Under the pieces are notes generated by a model, which saw nothing but the letters and a program-made list of their open reading frames with translations, was not told the origin of the DNA and did no database searches. This document shows positions 1-10,371 of a stretch of DNA of 46,844 bases, in pieces. This DNA is from an uncultured Chthonomonadaceae bacterium (GTDB lineage: Bacteria; Armatimonadota; Chthonomonadetes; Chthonomonadales; Chthonomonadaceae). Both the position numbers and the translations under genes were made by a program. How positions within the stretch are numbered: position 1 is the stretch's first letter; the number at the start of each line of letters is the position of its first letter. The stretch lies in the NCBI GenBank assembly GCA_963835065.1, contig CAWIEK010000026.1, positions 1-46,844 on the forward strand. The letters are read 5' to 3'.

Positions 1-147
1 AAAATGGTGAATGGGTAGAAGTGAAGAGTGAGAGTGAAGAGTGAGAGTAAAGATTGCTGCCGGGGGGAAAAAAAAAAAAAAAAAAAGGGGAAAAAAAAAA
101 AAAAAAAGGGATAGGTTAAGGGGTGAGGCAATCAGGAGAGGAGCATC

Positions 148-828
148 ATGCTGAACGGTCCGATGCCGCAGGAATTACTCGAATAATACGCGGCCTGTTT
201 GCGCCGGAAGACGCGGATTTGGTCGCGCTGACGCGGGCGGCGCAGGAAGCGGGGATGCCGACCGGCTGGGAGATTATGCGTGACGTGGGGCGGTTGTTTC
301 AGGTGTTGTGCCGGGCGGTCGGGGCGAGGCGGGTTCTCGAGTTCGGGACACTGGCGGGGCATAGCGCTCTGTGGTTTGCGCGCGCCCTGCCCCAGGACGG
401 CAAGGTTATCACCTCGAAATCAACCCCGCGTATGCGCGACTTTGCGCGGGAACAGTTGGCGCAGCGCGCGGGCGGCAAAAAAGTGGAAGTGCGCGAGGGC
501 GGGGCGCGGGATGGCTGGCGCGGCTGCAAGCCGAAACGGAAACAAGCGGCCAAAAATTCGACGTCATCTTTCTGGACGCCGACAAAGCGCACTATCCCGA
601 ATTTCTGGACTGGTCGGTTAAGGTGCTGCGTCCGGGCGGATTGCTGCTGGCTGAAACGTGCTGCGCGCCGACTCGTGGAACGGACAAACCCTGCTCGACC
701 CCGCTGCCGATGATCCGCGCATCCTCGCCATTCGCATATTCAACGAACGCCTTGCCGCGCATCCGCAGTTCACAAGCATGATCGTGCCCCTGCGCGCCGG
801 CATCGCAATCGGAACTTTTCAGCCCTGA
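148..828 (+). CDS. O-methyltransferase (COG4122 / caffeoyl-CoA OMT-like), frameshifted in this sequence
   Basis: Motifs spread over ORFs 123-713 and 371-781: RRVLEFGTLAGHSALWFARAL, LEINP, FDVIFLDADKAHYPEFLDW..KVLRPGGLL. C-terminus HPQFTSMIVPLRAGIAIGTFQP* ends at 828. GGAG precedes ATG 148. Several indels near the window start. Confidence 0.85.
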
Positions 829-974
829 ATACATGTGAACGAACCGCGAAAAATGCGAAATAAGACGAAAAAGAGGAAAGTGGAAGTTGGGAGAAAGCGC
901 GGCTTCGAAATAGCAGGCGAACGCAGCGTCAGACACCGAAGGCCGGCAGCGCCAGATAATCGGGTTGTAGGACC

Positions 975-1345
975 TTACTCTGACCGTAATGGAAGACGCC
1001 GAACACGAACACGTCCCTCTTGCACAGTTACTGCCGCTCCCTGCTCCAAATCTTCATCAAACTGCGTTATAATCGCTTGCAGTAACGCGGCAGCCGCTTC
1101 TCCGCGTAGCCCCTCAATGCGGAGGCGAATTACAGAGGGCGTACTTGCCTCCGACAGAGCCAGAAGGGTATGAAAGTCGGCATCAAGTGTTACTATGATT
1201 CGATCTTCTTCCCTGCCACGCTCAGAATGGCCTCATCTTCCGCTGTCGCGTAGCCGATTTCGCCAACATGGAGCGCGTCCAACCCTGCTTGCCGCAAAAG
1301 GACGGCAGTGGAGCGCGGCAATCCCTGATCAAGCAGCAGCTTCAT
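975..1345 (-). CDS. DUF5615 PIN-like toxin (one frameshift)
   Basis: Manual translation MKLLLDQGLPRSTAVLLRQAGLDALHVGEIG..AEDEAIL / EEDRIIVTLDADFHTLLALSEASTPSVIRLR..RVRVRRLP. Span is 371 bp, so one base is missing. Overlaps the end of the DUF433 gene. Confidence 0.85.
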
Positions 1346-1571
1346 GGTTCACCGGAAATTCTACAACGCGGTCATCCAGATAAGCGGAGGCAAAGAGCAA
1401 CGCCTGCCGTATATCCTCGTCTTCCAATTCAGGAAATTCCTGATGCAGTTCCTGGCGATCCGGGTAGGCTGCCAGCAATTGCATGACGCGCCTTACAGTA
1501 AGTCGCAGGTTCCGCACACAGGGCTGACCGTTCATGCGCGCGGGGTGGACGCTGATGCGATCCAGTTTCAT
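1329..1571 (-). CDS. DUF433 antitoxin
   Basis: RISVHPARMNGQPCVRNLRLTV..QEFPELEDEDIRQALLFA is the typical DUF433 signature; lies directly upstream of the PIN toxin. Confidence 0.92.
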   Translation of the reverse strand: MKLDRISVHPARMNGQPCVRNLRLTVRRVMQLLAAYPDRQELHQEFPELEDEDIRQALLFASAYLDDRVVEFPVNHEAAA

Positions 1572-1888
1572 AGCTGATTTCCTCCGGCTCGTTAGTATAC
1601 GCGGAAATAGTATACACCGAAATTACGCCGATGTGCAGACTATTCTCGTTGCTCCTCCGGCAACGGCTCATTATTCGTCAGGTAATCTGTGTTCCGGCAA
1701 AACCTGTGTTATAATGGTTACAGGCGGTCGCGCAGCCGCCTACGCTTTGTTTTTCGCCACACGCTTTTCCACTCCCCAACCAGACTATCGAAAAGACTGC
1801 TTGTGGAAACCTGTTAAAGTCTTTGTTTGGAACGTCTCTTGTTTGTAACGTCACCTGTGACATTCTATCGCTGGAAGGACACTGCAGT

Positions 1889-2632
1889 ATGCGCCACACA
1901 ACCCTCAATGCTCAACGCCTAACACCTAATGCCGCCTTTACCCTCATCGAGCTGCTTGTGGTCATTGCCATCATCTCGATTTTGGCCTCCATTTTGTTTC
2001 CCTCCTTTGCCCGCGCCCGCGAAATGGCGCGGCGCACCAGTTGCCTGAGCAACGAAAAACAGTTGGGACTGGCCTTTTTCCAGTACGTGCAGGATTACGA
2101 CGAGCAGCTGCCGTCTGCCGCTGTGGGCGCGGACGCGGCGGGCAAGCAGGGCGGCTGGATTTACTATAATAAGTTTGCGGCGGACAGCAGAACCGGGCCG
2201 GCGGGCTATGATCCCCGCTACGGCGCGATCTACTCCTACGTAAAAAACGCGCAGGTCTTCGTGTGCCCCGACGACAGCAAGGGACGCTACAACGGCAACT
2301 CTTACGCCGTCAACGGCTGCGCTTTCGATGGCAGCCCCACGCCCGCAATCCCGTTCGTTTACGGCAAAACGCTGGCCGCTTTCGACTCAACGAGCAGTTG
2401 GATTATGCTGATGGAAGAGTGCGAAGATGCCGGCGACATCTCCGGCGATTCCACCGACGACGGCTACTTTCTGCCGCCCACTAATGGACTTGGCGGCAAC
2501 CTGATTTCTACCCGGCACATTGACGGCTCCAATGTGACGTTTATGGACGGCCACTCCAAATACCATCGGCCCAGCCAGATTGTCGGCGCGGGCTACATCT
2601 ACGGCGATGTGGGACGGACGGCATGCCCATAA
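1889..2632 (+). CDS. Prepilin-type N-terminal cleavage/methylation, DUF1559 / H-X9-DG protein
   Basis: [41 protein letters not shown] and C-terminal [14 protein letters not shown]. Extended -10-like TGTTATAAT at about 1706-1714. Confidence 0.93.
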   Translation: MRHTTLNAQRLTPNAAFTLIELLVVIAIISILASILFPSFARAREMARRTSCLSNEKQLGLAFFQYVQDYDEQLPSAAVGADAAGKQGGWIYYNKFAADSRTGPAGYDPRYGAIYSYVKNAQVFVCPDDSKGRYNGNSYAVNGCAFDGSPTPAIPFVYGKTLAAFDSTSSWIMLMEECEDAGDISGDSTDDGYFLPPTNGLGGNLISTRHIDGSNVTFMDGHSKYHRPSQIVGAGYIYGDVGRTACP

Positions 2633-2646
2633 GAATACTCTCGTAG

Positions 2647-2686
2647 AAATGCGCGAAATGTTCCTGTAGGGACGTTTCGCGCATTT
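2647..2686 (+). terminator. Stem-loop after the prepilin-like gene
   Basis: aaatgcgcgaaatgttcc-tgta-gggacgtttcgcgcattt inverted repeat just after the stop codon. Confidence 0.55.
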
Positions 2687-2827
2687 TGGCACAAATCTTG
2701 CAGGTTGTACGTCTATATGCAAACGCAATCAGGAAACGGATTTCCGACGTGGCGCATGGAAGCGCGAGGCCATTGCAGCAACTCGCTGTTACGTTAGCAG
2801 CAAGTTGTTGTTACAGGGAGCGCAGCC

Positions 2828-3853
2828 ATGCAGTACGCTGAGGGTACGTGGGCCGTTTGGATTGTTTGGGCAATGTTGCTGACCGGGGCGGGCTTGATTC
2901 TGGCGAGTTTGTGGCAGGCATCGGAGCGGTTCTGGTACTGGAAGCAGGCGCGGCAACTGGCGGCAGGCGAAGTAGCGCAGGCGACCGCAGCGCTGTGCGC
3001 CGGCCAGCGTTTTCGCATTGCGGCGGGGGAAGACAAAGCCGCTGCAACTTCAGCCTTTCCACGTGAAGGTCACACTGCGGCAGGGCTTGTTGCCTCCGCC
3101 TCTGTTGCCGACACAATTTTCGGTGAACCGGAAGCAAGTATCGGCAGCGAAATGACCGGGCGCATCATCGGAATGTCACGCGGACTTTTGCTGCTTCTGC
3201 TGGAACCGGAAACGATTACGCGGGATGAGCGCGGCGCAATCGCGCTGAGAAATTCGCTGCGCGTCGGGCAAACCCTTGCGCTTCAGGTCACGGGCGACAG
3301 CGAACTTTTCCGTTTTGAAGCCACTGTGCGCAGTGTTCGCCCGGACCCGGAACAGCCCTTGTGTACGCAAATCGCGGTCAAACTTCCGTTCTGGCTGGCC
3401 CGTATTCAGCGGCGGCGGCACGTCCGCGCTTCCATTCACAGCGGCGCAGCGGTTCAAATGACGGACAACCCCGGCAGCATCGGCAATAATCGCGCAAAGG
3501 AGAATGTGAATAACGTCCTGCGCGGGACGCTGCGCGATTTGTCCGGGAGTGGCCTCTGCCTGGAACTCAACAGCGTCTTACGCCCGGACACCATTGCCCG
3601 CTTGTGCGAACAGTGGGACAGGAACGCGCTGCTGAAATGTCGCCTCAACCTGCCGCTCCTGCGCGACGAACCGTTAAAATTGCGCGTCCATTCCTGTGAG
3701 CGTATCGTGGTTCGCGGCGGCCTGGGTCTGCGGGTGCGGGGCGAATTTGTAGAACTTCCCGCCTGGCAGCAGGAAACCATTATCAGCCTGGTGTTTCAGG
3801 CGCAGCGACAGCAACTGCGCCAGCAAACGCCCCGCTTGCAGACCGCTGTGTAA
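2828..3853 (+). CDS. Membrane-anchored PilZ / YcgR-like (flagellar-brake type) c-di-GMP effector
   Basis: N-terminal TM segment; PilZ motifs QRRRHVR (RxxxR) and DLSGSG (DxSxxG). Confidence 0.85.
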   Translation: MQYAEGTWAVWIVWAMLLTGAGLILASLWQASERFWYWKQARQLAAGEVAQATAALCAGQRFRIAAGEDKAAATSAFPREGHTAAGLVASASVADTIFGEPEASIGSEMTGRIIGMSRGLLLLLLEPETITRDERGAIALRNSLRVGQTLALQVTGDSELFRFEATVRSVRPDPEQPLCTQIAVKLPFWLARIQRRRHVRASIHSGAAVQMTDNPGSIGNNRAKENVNNVLRGTLRDLSGSGLCLELNSVLRPDTIARLCEQWDRNALLKCRLNLPLLRDEPLKLRVHSCERIVVRGGLGLRVRGEFVELPAWQQETIISLVFQAQRQQLRQQTPRLQTAV

Positions 3854-3965
3854 CGCGCATGTGGAGAAGCAGGAAACAGAAGCGGCAAGCGCGAATTAGC
3901 GGGTGAGGTTCGCATCAGGCGAGCTAATCCTTTGGTGATAAAAAGTGAGGAGAACAAGAAACCCC

Positions 3966-4451
3966 ATGCAAAAGATAGGAATGTTCCCGATTTCTGCCGG
4001 GCTGCTGCTGGTATTGGTTGTCGGCGCGATTGCCGCGCCGCCTAAACACGACGCCAAAAAACCTGCCGCAAAAGCGGACGCGGGCGGCAAAGTGGTCACG
4101 ACCAAAACAGGACTGAAGTACGTGGATTTGAAGGTGGGCAAGGGAGCCATGCCCAAAGTCGGCGACATGGTGACGGTCAATTACACGGGTACGCTGGCGA
4201 ACGGAACCGTGTTCGATGCGTCCTCCAAACACGTAGACCCGGATCATCCGCACGGTCAGCCTTTTGAATTTGATCTGGGAGGGCGAGTGATTCCGGCATG
4301 GAATGAGGGCGTGGCGACTATGCGCGTCGGCGGCAAGCGTAAATTGATCTGCCCGCCCGACCTTGCGTATGGCGCGCGCGGCTTTCCGCCCGTCATCCCG
4401 GCCAACGCCACCCTGACATTCGTAGTGGAACTGCTCAAAGTCGGGCCGTGA
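3966..4451 (+). CDS. FKBP-type peptidyl-prolyl isomerase, secreted
   Basis: GLKYVDLKVGKG..VNYTGTLANGTVFDAS..VIPAWNEGVATMRVGGKRKLICPPDLAYG..IPANATLTFVVELL; signal peptide. Confidence 0.95.
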   Translation: MQKIGMFPISAGLLLVLVVGAIAAPPKHDAKKPAAKADAGGKVVTTKTGLKYVDLKVGKGAMPKVGDMVTVNYTGTLANGTVFDASSKHVDPDHPHGQPFEFDLGGRVIPAWNEGVATMRVGGKRKLICPPDLAYGARGFPPVIPANATLTFVVELLKVGP

Positions 4452-5005
4452 AACTGATGGCTGGTGGCTGGTGATTGGTGGTTGGTGATTTTCAAACCCC
4501 GGTTCAGCGATTATGCTGGAGCGGGTTTTGTGTTCGCTTCTTTCTTCCATTGTTGGGAGAAGATACTATCACATCAGCAACAGCCATGCTGCAAATCTGT
4601 GTTACAAACCCGTGTGCCGCGCGTCTACCTTTGCATACGGTTGTTGAAGAAGAAACACGCGCAAACGCAACGCTGCTTGCGTTTGTTTTCTTTTACGAGC
4701 AAACTCGCTAAGGCAAGCAGGCTGTCATACTGTTGTAATCGCTAAAAATTTCTGTAAATACTTGTGAGTTGGGACATTTTCGGAAACAACCCCTTGACAA
4801 ACTTCCGTATAAACAACTAGACACAGATGTTTGCTGTTCCATTCTGCCGACAGGCCGCTTGACCTTTATTCGCCGGTTGAATTCAAATTTGGAACAGTTG
4901 TCTGCGATACAGGGAACAGAGCCGCGCAACGCTCTTTGCGCCACCTCCGCGCTTTGTCTTCCCACGATTACACTACCTAACACATTTCAGGGAGAGATGA
5001 TAACA

Positions 5006-6532
5006 ATGGTTTCGACGCGATGGCAAAAACGAATTCCGCGCGCGCTGCTGGCCGGCACTGCTTTGGGAACCGGCGCGCTTGCTTTGACCGGATTGCGCGG
5101 CAACGCCGGTCCGCAGAACACCCCGCCGCCCGTGCAGCCGAGCGCGCAGGTACTCAATATTCAGGATGCTTTTGAGAAAGTTGCCGACAAACTGCGCCCG
5201 TCTGTAGTGTATATTGTCAGCCGCCAAACCGTGACGAATACGGCGTTGCGCGGCGGTGATGATGAGAACCCGTTCGGCTTTACGTTCCCGCAGGTTCCGG
5301 GCGGTGGGCGTCAGCCCCGTATGCTCCCGCAGCAGCCCTATCGGCGCTCGGCGGAAGCCAGCGGTTCGGGCGTGATTGTTTCCAGTGACGGTTACATTCT
5401 GACCAACGACCATGTTGTCGCGGGTTCGGATCGCGTTACGGTCAAATTGCAGGATGGGCGCCAGTTTGTGGGCAAGGTGTTCCGGGATCAGCGCAGCGAC
5501 CTGGCCCTGATCAAAGTGGACGCCAGCAACCTGCCCGCCGCCGAGTTCGCCAACTCCGACGGCGTGAAAGTGGGCCAGTGGGCCATTGCCTTCGGCAGCC
5601 CGTTCGGTTTGAATGATACCATGACAGTCGGCGTTGTCTCGTCCACCAAGCGGCGCGAAGAGATCGGCGGCAGCGGCGCGGACGGACGCTTGTATCCGAG
5701 CCTGCTCCAGACGGACGCCAGCATCAATCCGGGCAACTCCGGCGGGCCGCTTGTGGATGTGTACGGACGCATCATGGGCATCAACGTCGCCATCGAATCG
5801 CCGAGCGGCGGCAACGTTGGCATCGGCTTCGCGATCCCGTCCAACCAGGCGCGCTACATCATGGAGCAATTGCGCAGCAAGGGAACCGTGACGCGCGGCT
5901 ACCTGGGCTTTGTGCCGCAGTCGCTGACCTACGCCATGCAGCAGCGCTACGGCGTTAAGGAAGGCGCGCTGATTACCCTTGTGCAGGCGGGCAAGCCTGC
6001 CGCGCAGGCCGGTTTGCAGGTCGAAGACGTGGTTGTCCGCTATGACGGCCAGCCGGTCACGGATGAGGCCACCCTGCGCGAACTGGTGTCCCGCACCGCT
6101 CCCGGCAAGCAGGTACAGCTTGTGGTGAAGCGCGAGGGCGCGGAAAAAACCCTGACGGCAACCATAGGCACATCGCCCATGGATAAAACGGCGGACGCCA
6201 CGCCCGCCCCGGCGCGCGAACACGCGAAAGGCAAACTGGGCATCAGCCTGGGCAATGCCAGCGACCCGCAAGTCCGCGAAGCCGCGCATCTGAGCAGCGC
6301 CATTAAAGACGGCGTGGTGATCGTGGAAATTCTGCCCGGCAGCCCGGCAGAGGAAGCGGGACTGCACCCCGGCGACGTTCTGGTAAAGCTTAACGGCAGG
6401 GCCGTGACCAGCGCGGATCAGGTGTCCGACATCGCCGCCAAATTGAACAGCGGAGCCTCGGTTCCCATCGTCGTCAAGCGCGCCTCGCAAGACGGGACGC
6501 AGACGATTCTGGCGGATATCACGATTGAGTAG
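5006..6532 (+). CDS. htrA: HtrA/DegP-family serine protease with two PDZ domains
   Basis: GSGVIV..GYILTNDHVV, SDLALIKV, QTDASINPGNSGGPL, two PDZ domains. Start chosen after the GGGAGAG RBS (4997 also possible). Confidence 0.93.
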   Translation: MVSTRWQKRIPRALLAGTALGTGALALTGLRGNAGPQNTPPPVQPSAQVLNIQDAFEKVADKLRPSVVYIVSRQTVTNTALRGGDDENPFGFTFPQVPGGGRQPRMLPQQPYRRSAEASGSGVIVSSDGYILTNDHVVAGSDRVTVKLQDGRQFVGKVFRDQRSDLALIKVDASNLPAAEFANSDGVKVGQWAIAFGSPFGLNDTMTVGVVSSTKRREEIGGSGADGRLYPSLLQTDASINPGNSGGPLVDVYGRIMGINVAIESPSGGNVGIGFAIPSNQARYIMEQLRSKGTVTRGYLGFVPQSLTYAMQQRYGVKEGALITLVQAGKPAAQAGLQVEDVVVRYDGQPVTDEATLRELVSRTAPGKQVQLVVKREGAEKTLTATIGTSPMDKTADATPAPAREHAKGKLGISLGNASDPQVREAAHLSSAIKDGVVIVEILPGSPAEEAGLHPGDVLVKLNGRAVTSADQVSDIAAKLNSGASVPIVVKRASQDGTQTILADITIE

Positions 6533-6610
6533 GTGTCAGGTGTCAGGTATTAGGTATCAGGGAAGCCACTGTTCTTTCTCTGACACCTGAAACCTGACCA
6601 CTGAAACCTT
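6533..6610. repeat. Inverted pair of heptamer tandem repeats (hairpin, possible terminator)
   Basis: gtcaggt-gtcaggt-attaggt-atcagg ... ctgacac-ctgaaac-ctgacca-ctgaaac. Confidence 0.7.
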
Positions 6611-6796
6611 GATTGGGGTGGCGCGGTGGAAATTCGGAGCGTGGCGGTATCGCGCTTTGGGTTCCATTGCCCGCCCTTTTGTAGTCGGTGAATAAGGCTT
6701 GGTTGTTAAGCGTTGGCTGTTCATTAAGAGGCTGTCTGTGAAACCAGCCACCAGCCACCAACCACCTGCCGCCCGATAGAAAGTAAGGCAAATAAA

Positions 6797-7012
6797 ATGA
6801 CACAGATGGTTCCAGCGTCTACCGAAGCCACGCCGACTATGCCGCACAAAGCAGTGCGCGTACCGGAGTGGGTCTATTATTTCTCAGATGAGCAGTTTGT
6901 TACCTGGTGCAAGCAGCACAAACTGACCATCTGCACCGAAATGCGGTCCTTCAGCGAAGATGAGCGCGCCGCCATCTTCCGCTACATGGTGCGACAGAAA
7001 CTGTTCAATTAG
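6797..7012 (+). CDS. Small hypothetical protein
   Basis: 71-aa ORF with AAGG upstream and normal codon usage; no family recognised. Confidence 0.6.
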   Translation: MTQMVPASTEATPTMPHKAVRVPEWVYYFSDEQFVTWCKQHKLTICTEMRSFSEDERAAIFRYMVRQKLFN

Positions 7013-7018
7013 GACAGA

Positions 7019-7123
7019 GGTTTCAGGTTTCAGGTTTCAGGAACTGCTGCTTTCTACTAGGTGCATTGCAGCACCGTTATTAGGACTACACTTCCTGACA
7101 CCTGAAACCTGAAACCTGAAACC
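7019..7123. repeat. Inverted heptamer-repeat hairpin between convergent genes
   Basis: (ggtttca)x3 gg ... cctgaca (cctgaaa)x3. Confidence 0.8.
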
Positions 7124-7126
7124 TTC

Positions 7127-7405
7127 CTACGGAAGCGTTTGCGCGTTCGGCTCAAAAACATGCGAGGAAATCTGGGACTCAGTGCGGCTTTGCGCGCCGG
7201 GAATGGTGTGGGTCATGTTCAGCAGCTTGACCAGCCGAATGGCCGTGCTGGGAACCAGAATCATGTCGCCGTTATCCTTCATCACTTGCAGCCAGCCTTC
7301 GCCGATAGCAACCAGTGTGCCCGTATCGCTGCGCTCGTCCCCTCCAACCGAAGTCAGCACCGTGATATGCTGCCCCTTGAATGTGTCCAGCCAGGAACCT
7401 TCCAT
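7127..7405 (-). CDS. Hypothetical protein, possible Sm/LSm-like fold
   Basis: GGAG RBS; pattern ..GQHITV..GTLVAIGEGWLQV..MILVPSTAIRLV resembles an Sm-like beta barrel (inference). Confidence 0.7.
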   Translation of the reverse strand: MEGSWLDTFKGQHITVLTSVGGDERSDTGTLVAIGEGWLQVMKDNGDMILVPSTAIRLVKLLNMTHTIPGAQSRTESQISSHVFEPNAQTLP

Positions 7406-7684
7406 ATTCGTTCCGCTCCTTTGTGCCTACTGTTCAATACAGGCAAAAGGAGAAAGGCAAAAGGAAAAGCGTTGTAGCCAACAACCTGTTCCCTGTTCCC
7501 TGTTTCCTGTTCCCTATATTCGCTGAATTAGTCTGTGAAAAGGACGCCCGCAACGCGGGGCTTGTTCCTTGATTCGGCGATTCAGCGGAACCCCGCCCGC
7601 TTCCCTCCCGTCCTTCTCCTGAATTCCAGAAACGCGCGGTGATACATGGCTGTTTCCGCGCGCTTGGAGAGGACAAACAAGGAT

Positions 7685-8590
7685 ATGCTAACCTACCGAA
7701 CGATTTACGCCACGTTTGCCACAGAGCGCGATGCCGAGCGCGCGGCGGGCGCGCTGATGGATCATGGAGTCAGCGCCGCCGCTGTCAGTTTTGTGCTGCC
7801 CCACGATACCCGCGCGCCGATTGTAGCCGGTACGCCCCATATTCCCGGCGCGCATCCCGCCATTCCAAACGACCTTCCCATCCCGGATATACAAACGCCC
7901 GCCCCGCCCATGACCGCCGCCGTTGATCTGAACACGGGCGCGCGGGTAGGCGAAGATGTTTCCGTTACACACAATGCTTCAGGTTATAGTTATGACGCGC
8001 TGGGCGCAGAGGCTCCCAACGCGCGCGCTCAGGTTCCAGCCTCCTACGTGCCGGCTATTGATCCCAACGATCACATTCCCATCAATACGCCCTTGCGTTC
8101 GCACCCGGATATTCCACAAACGGATATTCCCGCTTTGTCCGGCAACGCGCCCTTGAACGTTGTGACAGATGACGACCACGCCCATATCGTGGATCAGCAG
8201 CGCGTGGAAACGACTGCGGCGCATGGCATCACCACAACCACAGGCCGCGATGCGGCGAAAGGCGCTGTGGGAGGCGCGGGCATCGGCCTTGGTTTGGGAG
8301 CCTTGCTTGGGCTTGCCGCCATTGCCATTCCCGGCGTTGGATTGATTGCGGGCGCTGGTGCGCTTGTGGCAGGGTTGGCGGCGGCAACGGGCGCGGCAGG
8401 CGCGGTTGCCGGCGGCGCGTATGGCTTTCTGGCCGATCTCGGTCTTCCCCCACACTACACGCAGCAGCTGCAAACCCATCTCGAATCCGGCGGCCCCGTC
8501 CTCAGCATCCATCTTCAAGACGGCAAGCCGGAAAACGAACTGCTTGCCCTGCTCACCAAATACGGCGCGACCTCGGCACAAGCGTTTTAA
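7685..8590 (+). CDS. General-stress-protein-like membrane protein with glycine-zipper hairpin
   Basis: IYATFATERDAERAAGALMDHG N-terminus; GAVGGAGIGLGLGALLG..IPGVG..GALVAGL..G.LADLGLP motif. Confidence 0.8.
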   Translation: MLTYRTIYATFATERDAERAAGALMDHGVSAAAVSFVLPHDTRAPIVAGTPHIPGAHPAIPNDLPIPDIQTPAPPMTAAVDLNTGARVGEDVSVTHNASGYSYDALGAEAPNARAQVPASYVPAIDPNDHIPINTPLRSHPDIPQTDIPALSGNAPLNVVTDDDHAHIVDQQRVETTAAHGITTTTGRDAAKGAVGGAGIGLGLGALLGLAAIAIPGVGLIAGAGALVAGLAAATGAAGAVAGGAYGFLADLGLPPHYTQQLQTHLESGGPVLSIHLQDGKPENELLALLTKYGATSAQAF

Positions 8591-8593
8591 GAG

Positions 8594-8749
8594 CAATACC
8601 GTTCAAATAAGAGTTCGTATGGGCACAACATGTTGTGCCCGCGCTCTTAACATGTTGTGCCCGCGCTTCCAACCTATGCCCGCCCGCCGCATTTCAGGAA
8701 GAGGACACAACATGTTGTGTCCCTACGAACTCTTATTTGAACGGTATTG
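8594..8749. mobile_element. MITE with 26-bp terminal inverted repeats and 10-bp target-site duplication
   Basis: TIRs CAATACCGTTCAAATAAGAGTTCGTA (8594-8619) and TACGAACTCTTATTTGAACGGTATTG (8724-8749). Flanked by GTTTTAAGAG at 8584-8593 and 8750-8759. Internal palindromes GGGCACAACATGTTGTGCCC. Confidence 0.85.
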
Positions 8750-8766
8750 GTTTTAAGAGCCAACTC

Positions 8767-8802
8767 CGAATGTCCGGGTACTTTCCAGTACCCGGACATT
8801 CG
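8767..8802. terminator. Perfect 16-bp-stem hairpin between convergent genes
   Basis: cgaatgtccgggtact-ttcc-agtacccggacattcg. Confidence 0.65.
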
Positions 8803-8823
8803 CAGGCCAGAGCGTTGTTCCTC

Positions 8824-10074
8824 TCACTCTCCACTCTCACGATCCCCTCGTGAGTAACTCCGAATTTGCGGCCAGCGCAGCGCGGCCAGCGCGACAACCG
8901 CAATCGTGCCGATGCCGCCGCTGACGACGGAAAACAGGGGCGACGTATATTGGGCGACAAAGCCGGATTCAAAGCCGCCGATTTCGTTGGAAGAGTTGAT
9001 GAACACGCTGTTGACGGCGTTGACGCGCCCGCGCATCGTGTTGGGCGTTAAGGTTTGTACGAGCGTTTGGCGGACGACCACGCTGACCATATCCAGCGCG
9101 CCCACGCCGAACAACGCCCCCAGCGAAAGGGGCAGGGAACTTGACAGGCCGAACACGATGGTTGCCACGCCGAAACCCGCCACTGCCCACAGCATGGCGC
9201 GTCCCGGAAAACGGAATGGGCGCAAGTGGGCCAGCGTAAGTGCCGTTACCAATGCGCCTGCCGAGGGAGCCGCCCGCAGCCAGCCCAACACACCCGGCCC
9301 GGCATGAAGAATGTCTCGGGCATAAACGGGCATCAGGGTCGTCGCGCCGCCGAGCAGCACGGCAAACAAGTCCAGCGTGATTGTGGCGAGGATAATGGGC
9401 GTGTGCCGCATGTATTCCACGCCGCCGAGCAGGGTCTGCCAGGTCGCGCGCTCTTTGCCCGAAGGCGCGGACGCATGTTCGGAAACGAGGCCAAGCAGCA
9501 GCGCGCTCCCGACGCCAAAACAGGCTGTCGTGATATACACGATCCAGGCGTGATGGCTCCACGCCAGCAGCCACCCGCCCACGCCCGCGCCCGACATCAC
9601 CGCGATACGCCGGATACTGGTGTCCCACGAAATCGCGCCCGTCAGCAGCGCGGGTGGCACGACCTGCGGCAGCAAAGCCCCCCGCGCCGGGTTGCCGAAG
9701 GCGCGGCAACTGCTTGCGCAAAACAGACACGCATACACCCACCCAATAGCGGCGTGAACGACGGACAGCCAGGCCAGCAGCAGACTGCAAACGCAAAACG
9801 CGAGCTGCGCAGTAATGGCAATGCCCCGGCGCGAATAGCGATCCGCCACATGCCCCGCAGGAAGCGCGAACAAAAATATCGGCAGCGCCTGCGCCAGCCC
9901 GACATAGCCTAGCGTCAACGGCTGATTGGTGCGCTGGTACAAATCCCATCCGACCACAACGCCCTGCATCGAATCGCCCAACCCGGACAGGTTCCGGCCA
10001 AACACAAAGGCGCGGAACTCGCGCAGGCGCAGGGCGGCATACGGGTCATGCGCGTCCGGTATCACTTCACTCAC
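8824..10074 (-). CDS. MFS transporter (MFS_3 / H+ antiporter-like)
   Basis: About 12 TM segments; AGHVADRYSRR motif A; RQTLVQ..TPNTMRGRV..SSNEIGGFESG. Confidence 0.93.
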   Translation of the reverse strand: MSEVIPDAHDPYAALRLREFRAFVFGRNLSGLGDSMQGVVVGWDLYQRTNQPLTLGYVGLAQALPIFLFALPAGHVADRYSRRGIAITAQLAFCVCSLLLAWLSVVHAAIGWVYACLFCASSCRAFGNPARGALLPQVVPPALLTGAISWDTSIRRIAVMSGAGVGGWLLAWSHHAWIVYITTACFGVGSALLLGLVSEHASAPSGKERATWQTLLGGVEYMRHTPIILATITLDLFAVLLGGATTLMPVYARDILHAGPGVLGWLRAAPSAGALVTALTLAHLRPFRFPGRAMLWAVAGFGVATIVFGLSSSLPLSLGALFGVGALDMVSVVVRQTLVQTLTPNTMRGRVNAVNSVFINSSNEIGGFESGFVAQYTSPLFSVVSGGIGTIAVVALAALRWPQIRSYSRGDRESGE

Positions 10075-10371
10075 AAAGTTTCTCCCTCGCTATCGGGATT
10101 TGCTGTCCTGCCGTTACCCTACCGTATCGAACACTGGTACAATATACCTTTTCTGAGAACCGGCTTCGGGATGTAACAGGATCAGGCAGGAAGTTTTCAA
10201 AGAAATCCTGTTTAATCCGACTAATCCATGTTAATCCTGTCTATTTGCCCATTAAACGCCAATCCACAGTGGAAGGGCGTGGATTTCCGGGAAACGCCGC
10301 TTTGCAGGAAATGCCTTGCTTTGTGGCGAATAGGCGCGCAGCAACCTCCCGTTCCGAAAGGATTGACGCGC

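Noticed and set aside
61..110. Poly-G/poly-A tracts as a biological feature
   Set aside because: They lie at the window edge next to an indel-rich gene; most likely a sequencing or assembly artefact.
4973..6490. Long antisense ORFs (also 39888-41366, 20035-21267, 24410-25591, 38313-39398)
   Set aside because: Shadow ORFs opposite well-supported genes, expected in GC-rich DNA.
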